Below, piece after piece: positions 13,350-23,431 of a stretch of 64,000 nt of DNA; within the stretch, counting starts at the first letter, position 1, and the number at the start of each line of letters is the position of its first letter. The position numbers were made by a program, and so were the translations under genes. The notes beneath the pieces are model-generated. The model searched no databases, had not been told where the DNA came from, and was given only the letters and a program-made list of their open reading frames with translations. The stretch is from a virus (lineage: Duplodnaviria; Caudoviricetes), in IMG/VR virus record IMGVR_UViG_3300013383_000014, positions 101,724-165,723 of that record. One strand, 5' to 3'.

Positions 13350-13941
13350 TATAAAAATAGAAAAGAAGCCGTACAAAGTGCTCGCTGCCCGTACTGAAGA
13401 GGAGCGAGCACAAGGCTTACAAAATGTAGAGGAGATGGATAATGATGAGGGATGCATTTTCTTTTATGACGAACCACAACACGTTGATTTCTGAATGAAA
13501 GATTGTGACCTCGAACTAGATATTATATTTTTCGGAGAAGATAAAGAAGTTATCTCTGTTAAAAAGGGCGAACCAAATAACGAGGATTTCATTTCTGAAG
13601 ATAATGTGAAGTATGTCGTCGAGTTAAATGCTGGTAGTGATGTGGAACCCGGTGATGTACTTGAAATAGATAGCGATGATGATTACGCGGAAGAAGAATC
13701 TGACATAGAATTAGAACCGAACACAATGTATGTTATTGGTTCGGATGGGCAACCACAGGCTATATTAGAAGGTGGGGAAAGAATTATGTCAAGAAAGTCA
13801 AGCCGCATAATTATTGGAAAGGCAGAAAAAGCATTTCAAAGTAAGAGTGATGTAGATTACAAGGCGTTGGGTAGATATGTTTTTAAAGAGATAGATGCCC
13901 AAAATCATAGAAAAGCCGAGTATGTAAAAGCTAAAAATTAA
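13336..13941 (+). CDS. DUF192-family protein (201 aa)
   Basis: A.TEEERAQGL..EG..F.Y..F-W-MK..LDIIF..YVVELNAG; the W of the FWMK signature is TGA 13492-13494. Confidence 0.9.
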
Positions 13942-13947
13942 AAAATT

Positions 13948-14289
13948 ATGGGAGTTTATAAAACAAGAACAAAAGAAACAGAATTGCCTGGAACTAACGA
14001 TGTATTAGCTCAAACTAGAATAGAAACGTTTCCAGACGGAACACAACGCCAGATTGTATTTTATCCAGGGAGTTTATATGTTGGAGGATCGGCAGCCGCA
14101 GACACTACATTAATATCTCCACAACGAGATACTATATATTCTCCACACACTGGATATAATCACGACAAAACAACGGCAGGCTACCTACTTGGTGGGCAAA
14201 CAATTTCTCCAGAAGCGTGAAAGCGGATAAACATAGAAATGGACAAACTTCGTGAAAATATGCTATTTCCAGCTTTTAACCGCAGATAA
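13948..14289 (+). CDS. Hypothetical protein (113 aa)
   Basis: ORF extends through TGA 14218 to TAA 14287-14289. Confidence 0.65.
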
Positions 14290-14293
14290 TGCT

Positions 14294-14347
14294 TAGGTAT
14301 AGTTCATAGGTATATTAGGTATATTAAGTATATTAAGTATAGTTAGT
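14294..14347. repeat. AT-rich 9-bp repeats TA(G/A)GTATA(T/G)
   Basis: Copies at 14294, 14307, 14316, 14325 and 14334. Confidence 0.9.
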
Positions 14348-14451
14348 GGTCAATTTATTTCTTGATGTGGTCATTTTATTTTTTTATCTGGTCATTTTAT
14401 TTCGCGATATGGTCAATTTATTACGTGATGTGGTCATTTTATTACAGCACT
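14347..14451. repeat. Five iteron-like 21-bp direct repeats (core TGGTCAWTTTATT)
   Basis: Cores start at 14347, 14368, 14389, 14410 and 14431, an exact 21-bp period. Confidence 0.95.
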
Positions 14452-14467
14452 TTTTTATGTTTTTAGT

Positions 14468-14499
14468 ATTGCATATTAAAAATTTTTATATTATATTTG
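14468..14499 (+). promoter_or_regulatory. Bacteroidetes housekeeping-sigma promoter
   Basis: aTTG-N20-TATATTTG upstream of the HTH gene. Confidence 0.75.
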
Positions 14500-14543
14500 C
14501 ATTATAGAAAAGATTAATGAATTTATAAAAATTTTTTGAAAAA

Positions 14544-15275
14544 ATGCAACACACTGAAGTTCCACGAATATTAGACTCAATGAAATTAGCGCACACTTTA
14601 GAGCATGGCGATAAAATTATTTATGCCGCAATTAGAACGTACATGAATGAAGATACAAGAGAATGTTTCCCCGCCGTTTCGACAATTGCTGAATTATTGC
14701 AGTGTAGTACAGGAAAAATAAAACTAGCAATTGGAAGATTAATTGAAGTTGGAGTTGTACAAAAATCGAATGATGGCAGAAAAAACCATTATTATTTCCC
14801 GAGAAGTGACTGGGACAAACAATTTGAAATGTTCACAGAAGCTTTTTTAAGACTAGATATGCCATTGAATATAAAAGAATATTATATGGACATACAGCCT
14901 TTTTTATACGGAAAAGATACTGGAGTGGGGAAATGCTCGTTTACAAACACAGAACTATCCCGAAGAACGGGGTGAACAACACAATCGATTAAGAAATATA
15001 ACACTTGGCTTATCGAGCACGGATTTTTGGAAGAGCAAGCTACCGAAAAGAAAGATGAGTCCGGTCTGCCAGTTATACAAAAAAATTTCAATTTAGCTGG
15101 ACTGCAACAAGCCGCTTTGTGGGCAAAAGCTGTTACACAGCAAGTAGTTAAAAACACGTCTGATATAGAGGAAATTAAGTCTGAAAATGAGGATTTGAAA
15201 CGACGGATTGCTGCATTGGAAAGAGAAGCTGCTCTGAATAGAAATAGAGTTATAGAAAAGGAATACAAACTATAA
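14544..15275 (+). CDS. Winged-HTH (HTH_36/replication-initiator-like) DNA-binding protein (243 aa)
   Basis: IY.AI..YMN..T.ECFP..STIA..L.CS...I...I..L...G pattern; a second HTH spans TGA 14973; C-terminal coiled coil. Confidence 0.75.
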
Positions 15276-15276
15276 T

Positions 15277-15305
15277 AAAAAAGCCCCGCTATAACAGCAA
15301 GGGCT
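15277..15305 (-). terminator. Terminator (T-tract on - strand)
   Basis: A6 followed by an agccccgct..agcaagggct hairpin. Confidence 0.65.
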
Positions 15306-15372
15306 AGCAATACTTAAAAATGTTTAACGTCGTTTGCCGTAGCAGCGGTCACGCTCTTTTATTATTTTATTG
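15277..15372 (-). ncRNA. Candidate ~95-nt small RNA or micropeptide transcript
   Basis: Bounded by a - strand promoter (15378-15408) and a - strand terminator; no ATG-initiated ORF. Confidence 0.35.
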
Positions 15373-15377
15373 CAATA

Positions 15378-15408
15378 CAAAGATAAGATAATATTTTTAA
15401 AAAGCAAA
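15378..15408 (-). promoter_or_regulatory. Bacteroidetes promoter, leftward
   Basis: Reverse complement reads TTTG-N19-TATCTTTG. Confidence 0.7.
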
Positions 15409-15419
15409 CACAAAATATA

Positions 15420-15451
15420 TTTGCATATATCGAATTATTTTATTACTTTTG
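15420..15451 (+). promoter_or_regulatory. Bacteroidetes promoter for the endonuclease gene
   Basis: TTTG-N20-TACTTTTG, 20 nt before ATG 15472. Confidence 0.75.
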
Positions 15452-15471
15452 CCACAAAAGTAATATGATCT

Positions 15472-16416
15472 ATGAGAAAATTAACACAAGAAAAATTTAT
15501 AGAAAAATGTAGAGAAATTCACAAGGACAGATACGACTATAGTAAGACTATTTACTCTGGGCAAAGAAATAAAGTAATAATAACATGCAAAACACATGGA
15601 GATTTTATTCAACGAGCCGGCGCTCATTTACAAGGACAAAACTGTCCAAAATGTGCTTTAGAAAATAAAGTTCTTCCAAAGAGAATCTGAAACCCAAACG
15701 CGGAAGCCCGAAAAGAAAAATTGTTAAATCAATTTGCTAAAATCCATAATGATAAGTACATCTATAAAATAGATGGAACTGAACATATGCAAGATTGTAT
15801 AATGATTGTGTGTAAAAAACATAACTATAAATATAGACAACGGCTTACGAACCATCTTCGTGGTCATGGATGTCCAATTTGTTGTGGGAAATCAAAGCCT
15901 TTTACAACAGAGGAATTTATAATAAAGGCGAGGGAGATACATGGAAACCTTTATAGCTACGATAAAGTAGAGTATACTGATAAGGAAACACCAGTTATAA
16001 TAACATGCAAGACCCACGGTGACTTTTCGCAAAAACCACATAATCATATATGCGGAGGTGGTTGTCCATTTTGTAAAAACTGAAAAATGCAACAAAAAAT
16101 TTTTGAAAAACTAAAAGAACAATTTCCAAATGAACCGTGGATTTGGGAATATACAACGACTTGGTTGGGCTTTCAAAGAGTGGATATCTTTAATCCAAGA
16201 TTGAATCTTGCAATTGAATATAACGGAAGACAACATTATGAACCAGTTGAATTTTTTGGCGGAGAAATAGAATTTGAAAAAAGAAAGTTATTGGATAATA
16301 AGAAGAAAGATTTACTTGCAGAACATAATTGTACTTTATATATTATAAAATACGACGAATATGATGAGGCAAGTTTTTTTAAAAATATAAAAACACTTAT
16401 AGAAAATGAAAATTAA
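15472..16416 (+). CDS. Zn-repeat PD-(D/E)XK (Vsr-like) putative homing endonuclease (314 aa, 2 TGA)
   Basis: Three FI....IH...Y.Y...C..H.....H..G..CP.C repeats plus C-terminal QRVDIF..LAIEYNGRQHY; fragments in frame across TGA 15688 and 16081. Confidence 0.85.
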
Positions 16417-16720
16417 GAAATTTGATGTAAAGTACATGCAACAGGGTGGGCCTGTACCAGCAGAGGCACAGGGAGCTCCAGCACAAGAGGTGCAGCAAGC
16501 ACAAAGTGATGAACAGATGATGCAACAACTCTCACAAGTAGCACAACAAATTATCCAGGAGATGGGTCCAGATGCAGCAGCAATGCTCGCTCAGATTATT
16601 ATGGAAATGCTCCAGGGAGCAGCACAGGAAGTTGGTGCACAACCACAAGAAGTAGGTTTCCAGCGCAAGGGAGGCAAGATCTGTAAGAAGGCCTGCGGTG
16701 GAGCTAAGATTAGAAAGTAA
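16406..16720 (+). CDS. Small Gln/Ala-rich putative virion protein
   Basis: Intact ORF with KYMQQGG and QRKGGKI motifs; followed by a terminator. Confidence 0.7.
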   Translation: MKIKKFDVKYMQQGGPVPAEAQGAPAQEVQQAQSDEQMMQQLSQVAQQIIQEMGPDAAAMLAQIIMEMLQGAAQEVGAQPQEVGFQRKGGKICKKACGGAKIRK

Positions 16721-16737
16721 ATAAAGATTTCTTTTAT

Positions 16738-16773
16738 AAGGAGGGGTGGAATAAAAACTGCTCCTCCTTTTTT
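16738..16773 (+). terminator. Rho-independent terminator
   Basis: aaggaggggtgg / ctgctcctcctt stem plus T-tract. Confidence 0.75.
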
Positions 16774-16788
16774 AATAAATGATAATAT

Positions 16789-19700
16789 ATGTCACAAGTA
16801 ATATATAGAAGTCAAATAAAGAAATACCAGAATGCTCCAGGCCCTCTGCCTAAAAATGAAACAGAGGAACAAAAAAAGAAGCGACTGGAAGAAGAGGCAA
16901 AAAAGAAGGCTGCCGCTAGTGAAGAAAACAAAACTCAAGTTACTCCGGCCCAGTCTAGTACAACTGACACAAAAACAGGAGCCGCACCTAGTACAACAAC
17001 TACAGGAACATCTAGCGCTAAGTCCGTTGTAACAACCACTCCTGCTACTAAGCCTGCATCTACTACAAGTGCAGCTCCAGCAGATCCTGCTGAATCGGCA
17101 TTGGTAAACAATGGCTTTTTTGAGTTAAATGGAGTTCGTGTTACCGGCGCTAGAGCAATACAGGAAATAAATAAAAGGTTTAGGAACTCTTCTAATAAAA
17201 GAGCACAAACTGATGCATTAAATGCAATAAATAATGGCGGCGGAATTCGTGTTGCAGGAAATAAAGTTTGGTTTTTTGATAAAGATGGGAACGATATCAC
17301 GCATTCAATTATAACTCCAAAAACACTTCCAAAAAGTCGTTTCGCCAGAAATTGGGCAGCTACTTTTTCTACACAAAAAGACGCAGATCTTGATAGTTAT
17401 AATACTCTTATATCTGGTGAAATTACGCCAGATGCTCCTGAAAAAGAACTCGGCCCAGTAAAGAAATCACTCTTACGTGGAAGCGGGTGGTTTAGCTATG
17501 ATAAAGACAAAGATGGAAAATCGATATATAATAAAGGAGCGCAGTCCAATCAACAAATGTACGACACAATGCGTGACGCTGTTGGTGCGATATGAGCTGA
17601 TGATTTTAATAAAGACAATTATAATGATGTCGATAAATGAAATTTTGACTACATCCGTGCATTAAAAGATAATTTTAATGGAACCGAGGGTTTTAATAAT
17701 TATCTGATTGATCTGGAAAATAGACTGGCTGCTGGGGAAGAAGTAAAGGATAATGACAAACGAATTCTTAAATTGTTTGGATATGAGCCAGATGCAACAG
17801 GTACAGAATCTGGAAGTAGTTCTGGCACAGGTAGCACTACAAAAGAATACTGGACTCCGGATGCTTTTAAAGGAAATGCCGATGCTTATAAAAAGGCTGG
17901 GCTTACTTTTACAAAAGGTGAAAATGGTGAATACACTCTTACTGGAGGGATTTTTGGTAATGGAGATGTAGATTGGGCACTTTTTGGAAATAATCTTTTT
18001 AAAGGCACACAATACGAAAATGGATTTTATCACAAAGGTCGTTTATACACTAGGGATGAAGTTGCTGCAGATGATGCATTAGGTACGATATTTCGTCCAT
18101 TCTTAACTGCTAGTGCAAATGGGGCAAATTGAAATACTACTTACGACAATATGAACGCCTCTGGAGTTCGTTTTCAGGGTGATAGAATTTGAGCAGGAAA
18201 GGATAATAAGTACTATGGTGGTTATACCATGTACGACCCAGAAAGCGTTTATGCAAGAGAATATGATAGTGAGTTTAGAAAAAAAAACGGATTGGCAGGA
18301 AAGGGAGTAAAAGACATAACTGGTGAATATAACTTAGGCGCAGGAAAGAAATTATTCGCTTATACGGATGGGCAAACAAATTATGGTGAGCCAATTATAC
18401 GTTATATGATGTTTGATAATGGTGCTGTTACAAAGCTGAACAACCTAGACGCGTACGCTAGTGCTAGAAAACAAGCAGCCTATCAAACTGCTACACCAAT
18501 TGATTGAGGTGAAATAGATGCGAATGGTTATGCTCCTTACAAAGAGTTTACTACACAAGCTCCTGGAAAAGCAAGGCAAAATAACGCATTGATGTATAAT
18601 CCAACTACTGGAAGATATAGCATTATAACAAATTATGATCCGAATGCGCAAGGAGCCAAAGGATATGATATAGATCAGAGTTGGAAAGATTATATACTCG
18701 AAAATATTAAAAATGGAATCTGAAATATTGATTTTAATGGGCAATTGAGTCAGTTTGGAAAGCGCAGGGTAGATCCACAAACAAGAGCAAACAATCCAGA
18801 ATCGCGTGGCCGGGAGGCTATTTCTGGACTAGCGTTTAAAAAACAAGGAGGAAAAATTGATTGAAATAGGCTCCAAAAGCTCCAAACTGGAGGGGCTTTC
18901 GCTGGTCCGGTGGCTGAGGCAAAAATTACAAAAACTAGTGATCTTAAACACGATATTTCCAAAGCGCACACTATGGATGAGGGTCTTACAGAATCTGAAA
19001 AACTTAGGATTGGCGCTGCTATCACTGACTTAGGAGGAACAATCGTATCTCTTATCCCGGGCGCCTCTACTGCCGGCGCAGTAACTGGAGCTCTTGCTAC
19101 AACAGCTCAATTACGGGCCGATCGATTGGCACAAAAAGAGGGTCGTGACGTTGGGAATTACTGGGGTCGTGCAATTGCAAATTATGCGATGGACGCACTT
19201 ACAGCAGCTCCTATTGCTGGTGCCGCTGCAAAGATTTTCAAAGTTGGAAAAGGACTCCAAAAGATTGCTCCGTTACTTGGAAAAGCAATGCGTTTCGCCG
19301 CTCCTGTTCTTGGCGCTGCTGGTCTTGCAAACGCACAAGCAGCTCTTGATAAAATCGTTAAGGGAGAGTGAAGCAAACTTACCTCCAATGATCTTACTGA
19401 TCTTTTTAATGGACTTTCTGCTGCTACTGGTGGTGGAGCCGTTGTTAGACAGGGAATTAAAGACGCTCGTGCAATTACAAATCTTGCAGATACAGCACAA
19501 ACTGCTGCAAAAGATGCAAAGGCAATTAAAAATGGAAAGGTAGGAGACGTCCTTTTTGATAAAAAGACTGGGGAAATACTTGAAACTCTTGATAAAACAA
19601 AAACAAAGAAAGAGGCTCTTAGCAAAATCAAGGACATGGTAAAAGAGCAAAATAGTGCTCTTGATGGAGAAGCTCTTGATAAAGCAGCACAGGATGTTTT

Positions 19701-21534
19701 TGACGCTCTTGGTCTTAAAGAGACGGCTGGAAAGAAACACTGGAAAAGAAATGGATTTTTAAATTGAAGTCGCGAAGCTGGTGATGCTCGTTTCGAGTTA
19801 GGAGACAGCCTTAAATTACCAGAAAACACATCGATATGGGGCGAAATGCTGAATCCGAAAAAAGTTTGAATGCGTGACGAAAATCTTGCTAGAGCTGTTT
19901 CTGGGCTTTCTGCAGAGGAAATAAATGCTGCAAATAAAGCAGTTAGAACTAGACAATACAATCCAAACAGTGAAACTAGCTCTATGGACTTGTTTGATTG
20001 GTTACGCGCTCGTGACACCGCACAAGCTATTTCTAGGATGACAGTTAACAATCCGCAAGTTTTCACAAATGCTACTTTTGGTAACGCGCCAGTACAGGAT
20101 AGGAGACGTTGATTAGGCCCTCTGACTGCAAATGCTTTTGGGCCACGTGGATATAGGATGGTTACACCGGCTACTCCAGCAGCAACAACTCCAGCGCCAG
20201 TTGTTCCAGACAGTCGTTTATCTGCTAAAAGATTGATTGATTTTAGAAACGACCTGATTGCCCGCCAAGCATCCAGCTACCCAGCGGACGCAAGCTCGGC
20301 TCGTTATAGTCTTGAGAACATATTCGCACAGCCTGAAGCAAAAAAGTTTATGCAAGAACATCCAGAGGCGGCCGCGAACGCAATACGCCGAATTATTGCA
20401 CAATGGTATGGAAAAGGCACGCCATTATATACAGGAACAACCTACTTATTGAATAATAGTACTACTGGAGAAATTGGTAATTTTATGCGAGGAAAAGGAA
20501 TCAAATTCAAACAAGGTGGTGAAATACCGAAATTCCAAGACGGTGGTGAAAATATACATGAAAGAGGAAAAAAGCCAAAGTTTAATATTCCGGGAATGAT
20601 GGACTTGACGTCTGCAATAGTACAATCTACGGCAATTGGAAAGGCTTATGACGACAAGAGAGAAGCGTTTAAATTGGCTGGACTTGCAACGAAGACATCA
20701 CCAAGAATACAAGGAACTCGTTTTGATGTCTCCCCAATTGATAGACAAGTAAATGAAGCAGTTGAGCCTTACAGGCAGGTACAGTTCAATTCTTCTGATA
20801 ACAGAGAAAATATGGCTGGAGAACTTCAGAGAGCAAAAGCAATTTCTGATATACATGAACGCGCAGGAGAGCAGAAAACACAAGCAATCAACCAGTTTAA
20901 CGCAACTGAAGTACAAAGAGCAAATGCGCAAGCTTCACAAGATGCAGAAGTTGCAGATGCAAATAGAGCATTATCTGCACAGGTGGCCGCATCTCTTAAA
21001 GAGGCTGATGCTGCTGAAAGAAATGAAAAGTGGGCACAGGTTTGAAATACTTATAGCAAGCAGTTTAGACAGAATGCGCGTGATCTGCAGAATAAAAAGG
21101 CACAATCACAATACGAGTCCGATCTGCAAGATGCAGAGAACGAGTACAATGATGCTATTAAAATGGAGTTTGCTGGATTACGTGGCGAATACGAAAATGA
21201 CCCAAATAAAGGGAGCATGTCTTTTGAATCTTGGGTTGCTTCTGATGTAAATCGACTTAATAGATATAATAAAATTAAAGAAGGCGATGGCGTTAGAGCC
21301 GCTACAAATAGATACAGAAATAAGAGGCTTGGCTTGCAAAATAATTACTACTCGACTATATATGGACCAATCGTTGGATATAAATCCGGAGGAAAAGTAG
21401 AAAAAACTGTATCAAAGAAGCAAAAACTCGACGTTAACGATAGGCTTGTCTTACAAGGTGATAAAGCAGCAAAACGTGCTGTCTTACAAGCGAGCAACAA
21501 TCTGCATAAAATGCTGATGAAATTAATGAAATAA
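16789..21534 (+). CDS. Large putative virion cargo/ejection protein (1581 aa)
   Basis: Seven track fragments in one frame; gaps contain only TGA; S/T/A-rich N-terminal linker, Gly/Ala hydrophobic helices, C-terminal coiled coil. Confidence 0.8.
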
Positions 21535-21537
21535 TAT

Positions 21538-23430
21538 ATGAAAATAAAGAAATTTGCAGGCGGAGGTATTGCTTACCTTCCTACAACAAATAGAGTCGCA
21601 GAAGAGACCGTAAAAACAACTACGGCCTCTTCTGAGGATTCTTCAAAGAAAAACAAAACAATAGATAAATTATTCGATCTCGTTAAAGAAAAAGGGCTTG
21701 ACTCTGATGTCGCCAAGTTCTTAGATGCAGTTGATATAAAGCTCCAAATGGGACTTAACCCAGACGGAGAAAATCTTACACAACGTGATCTGGTACAATT
21801 AGCTAGAATGGCATCCTCCGTTACTACAAATTACGAACGTTACAACACAGCAGTTAAAAACTTAACGGAGCAGAATGCAGAGGCAGATCTTGCGATTGAT
21901 GATAGAGGCCGAATATATTGCATGAATACAGATAGTGGAAAAGTTGAAGCACTGACTCCAGATAAAATAAAAGAACAGGAAGGAAAAATTGCTCCTCTTA
22001 CAAATGCAGAGTTATTAAATCTTAGGCGTAGCAGACCCGATCTTGCATATAACACAAAGATTATTGATGATATAAATAACGCAGTAGGCATTGATACAAT
22101 CACAAAATATCTGCAAGATACTATTTCTAAGTTTAAAACAAGTACAGTAGAAGGGTACTCTGACAAACAACAGAATGCAATCCAATCTGGATTACAAGAT
22201 CTTATTGGAGGAGATTTTGACACAAAGCAATTACAGCTTATACAGGCGGGTCCAGATGGAGTTTACAAAATTAAAAATCAGGACACAATTGCTGATAAAA
22301 ATATATATACTGCTCTTAACTACTTGATGAGTACTCTGCCAAACAAAATGAAAAGGAAACTTGAAGCAATTTCTTTTGCAGAGGGATATGATCCAAAAGC
22401 AATGATGGCTACAATGCTTGTTGCAAATACTGAAAGATCTATTTCTGTAGACTGAGAAGGACAGGTTGAAAAAGATGGCAAGCTTAGTAAAACTGCGGCT
22501 AGCGAAAAAACCGGAGCAGAAGTGCAACATACACTTGGCGAATCTTACGTTGATGGGGCTAACTTACCGCCTGAAGAACGAATATCAATTTCTCCAGCTG
22601 ACTCAAATACATCTCTAGTTGTTTCTGGGCAAAACGTTGGCCCAATTAGAAAAGCAAATGGACAAAACCCAGGAGACATAATGCCAATAGCAAGTGTTGC
22701 ACAAGTTCTTGAAGACGCTTACGCAATTAGGGAAGTGACAAATGGTACGGTTGTTTTTGGCGATCAATTAATTTCTCAAAAAGATCTGGGCGGACTTGTT
22801 TATGATGGTTCAAATATGCACAGAGTTGTTATGCCTTCAAAAATAGTTAACGGCAGAGATATTGTTCCAGATTATGAATTGCAAGATAAACTTGATGGAA
22901 TTATTACCGCAGCCGAGGAACAAGGAATGGATGATGCAACAATACAAAGATATGTAGCACAAGCATGCCCTGGAGCTACATATGATAGTGCTCGTGGTAT
23001 AATTATATTGCCAAAAGATAAGCAGCATGTTTTCTTAACTTTTGGTGCAGTTGGGTCTCCAGACTTAATTAATTTTAATAAATCAAAATATCTTATTAGA
23101 GATGATGATAATGGTTATGTAACGAAAGATGTATACCGAGACGCCGCGATGTATGGTTATGCAAACTCACAAAATGGGCAAAAAAGAAGAGAGCGTTCTG
23201 CGGGATCTGCAAAACAAGGATGATGGAGCAGAACATTTACTGGAACAGATCTTTATAGGGGAAATGTGTTTATTCCAATTTCAAGCAATGTTATGGGGTC
23301 GGCAATGTATAATCAAGGGTATATTCCAAAGTCTGCATATCATAATATAACTGGCCAGACTGTAGAAAGCAATAGAAAAGAACAAGTATCAAACGAATTT
23401 GCATCTGGGCAAAGACAAACTAATTGGTAG
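21538..23430 (+). CDS. Putative virion cargo protein (630 aa)
   Basis: Starts MKIKKFAGGG; TGA 22453 and 23221 read through; ends TAG. Confidence 0.8.
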
Positions 23431-23431
23431 T

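Noticed and set aside
14347-14451. CRISPR array
   Set aside because: The 21-bp period with ~8-nt variable parts is too short for repeat-spacer units, and there are no cas genes; the same applies to 46621-46694
15314-15352. tmRNA-like tag (GCA AAC GAC.., ANDVKHF) on the - strand
   Set aside because: No tRNA-like ends, transcript too short and no ALAA-type terminus; probably coincidental
19182-20066. 294-aa antisense ORF (also 28888-29421, 14882-15310 and other shadow ORFs)
   Set aside because: Lies opposite a coherent gene once TGA is read through; no recognisable motifs
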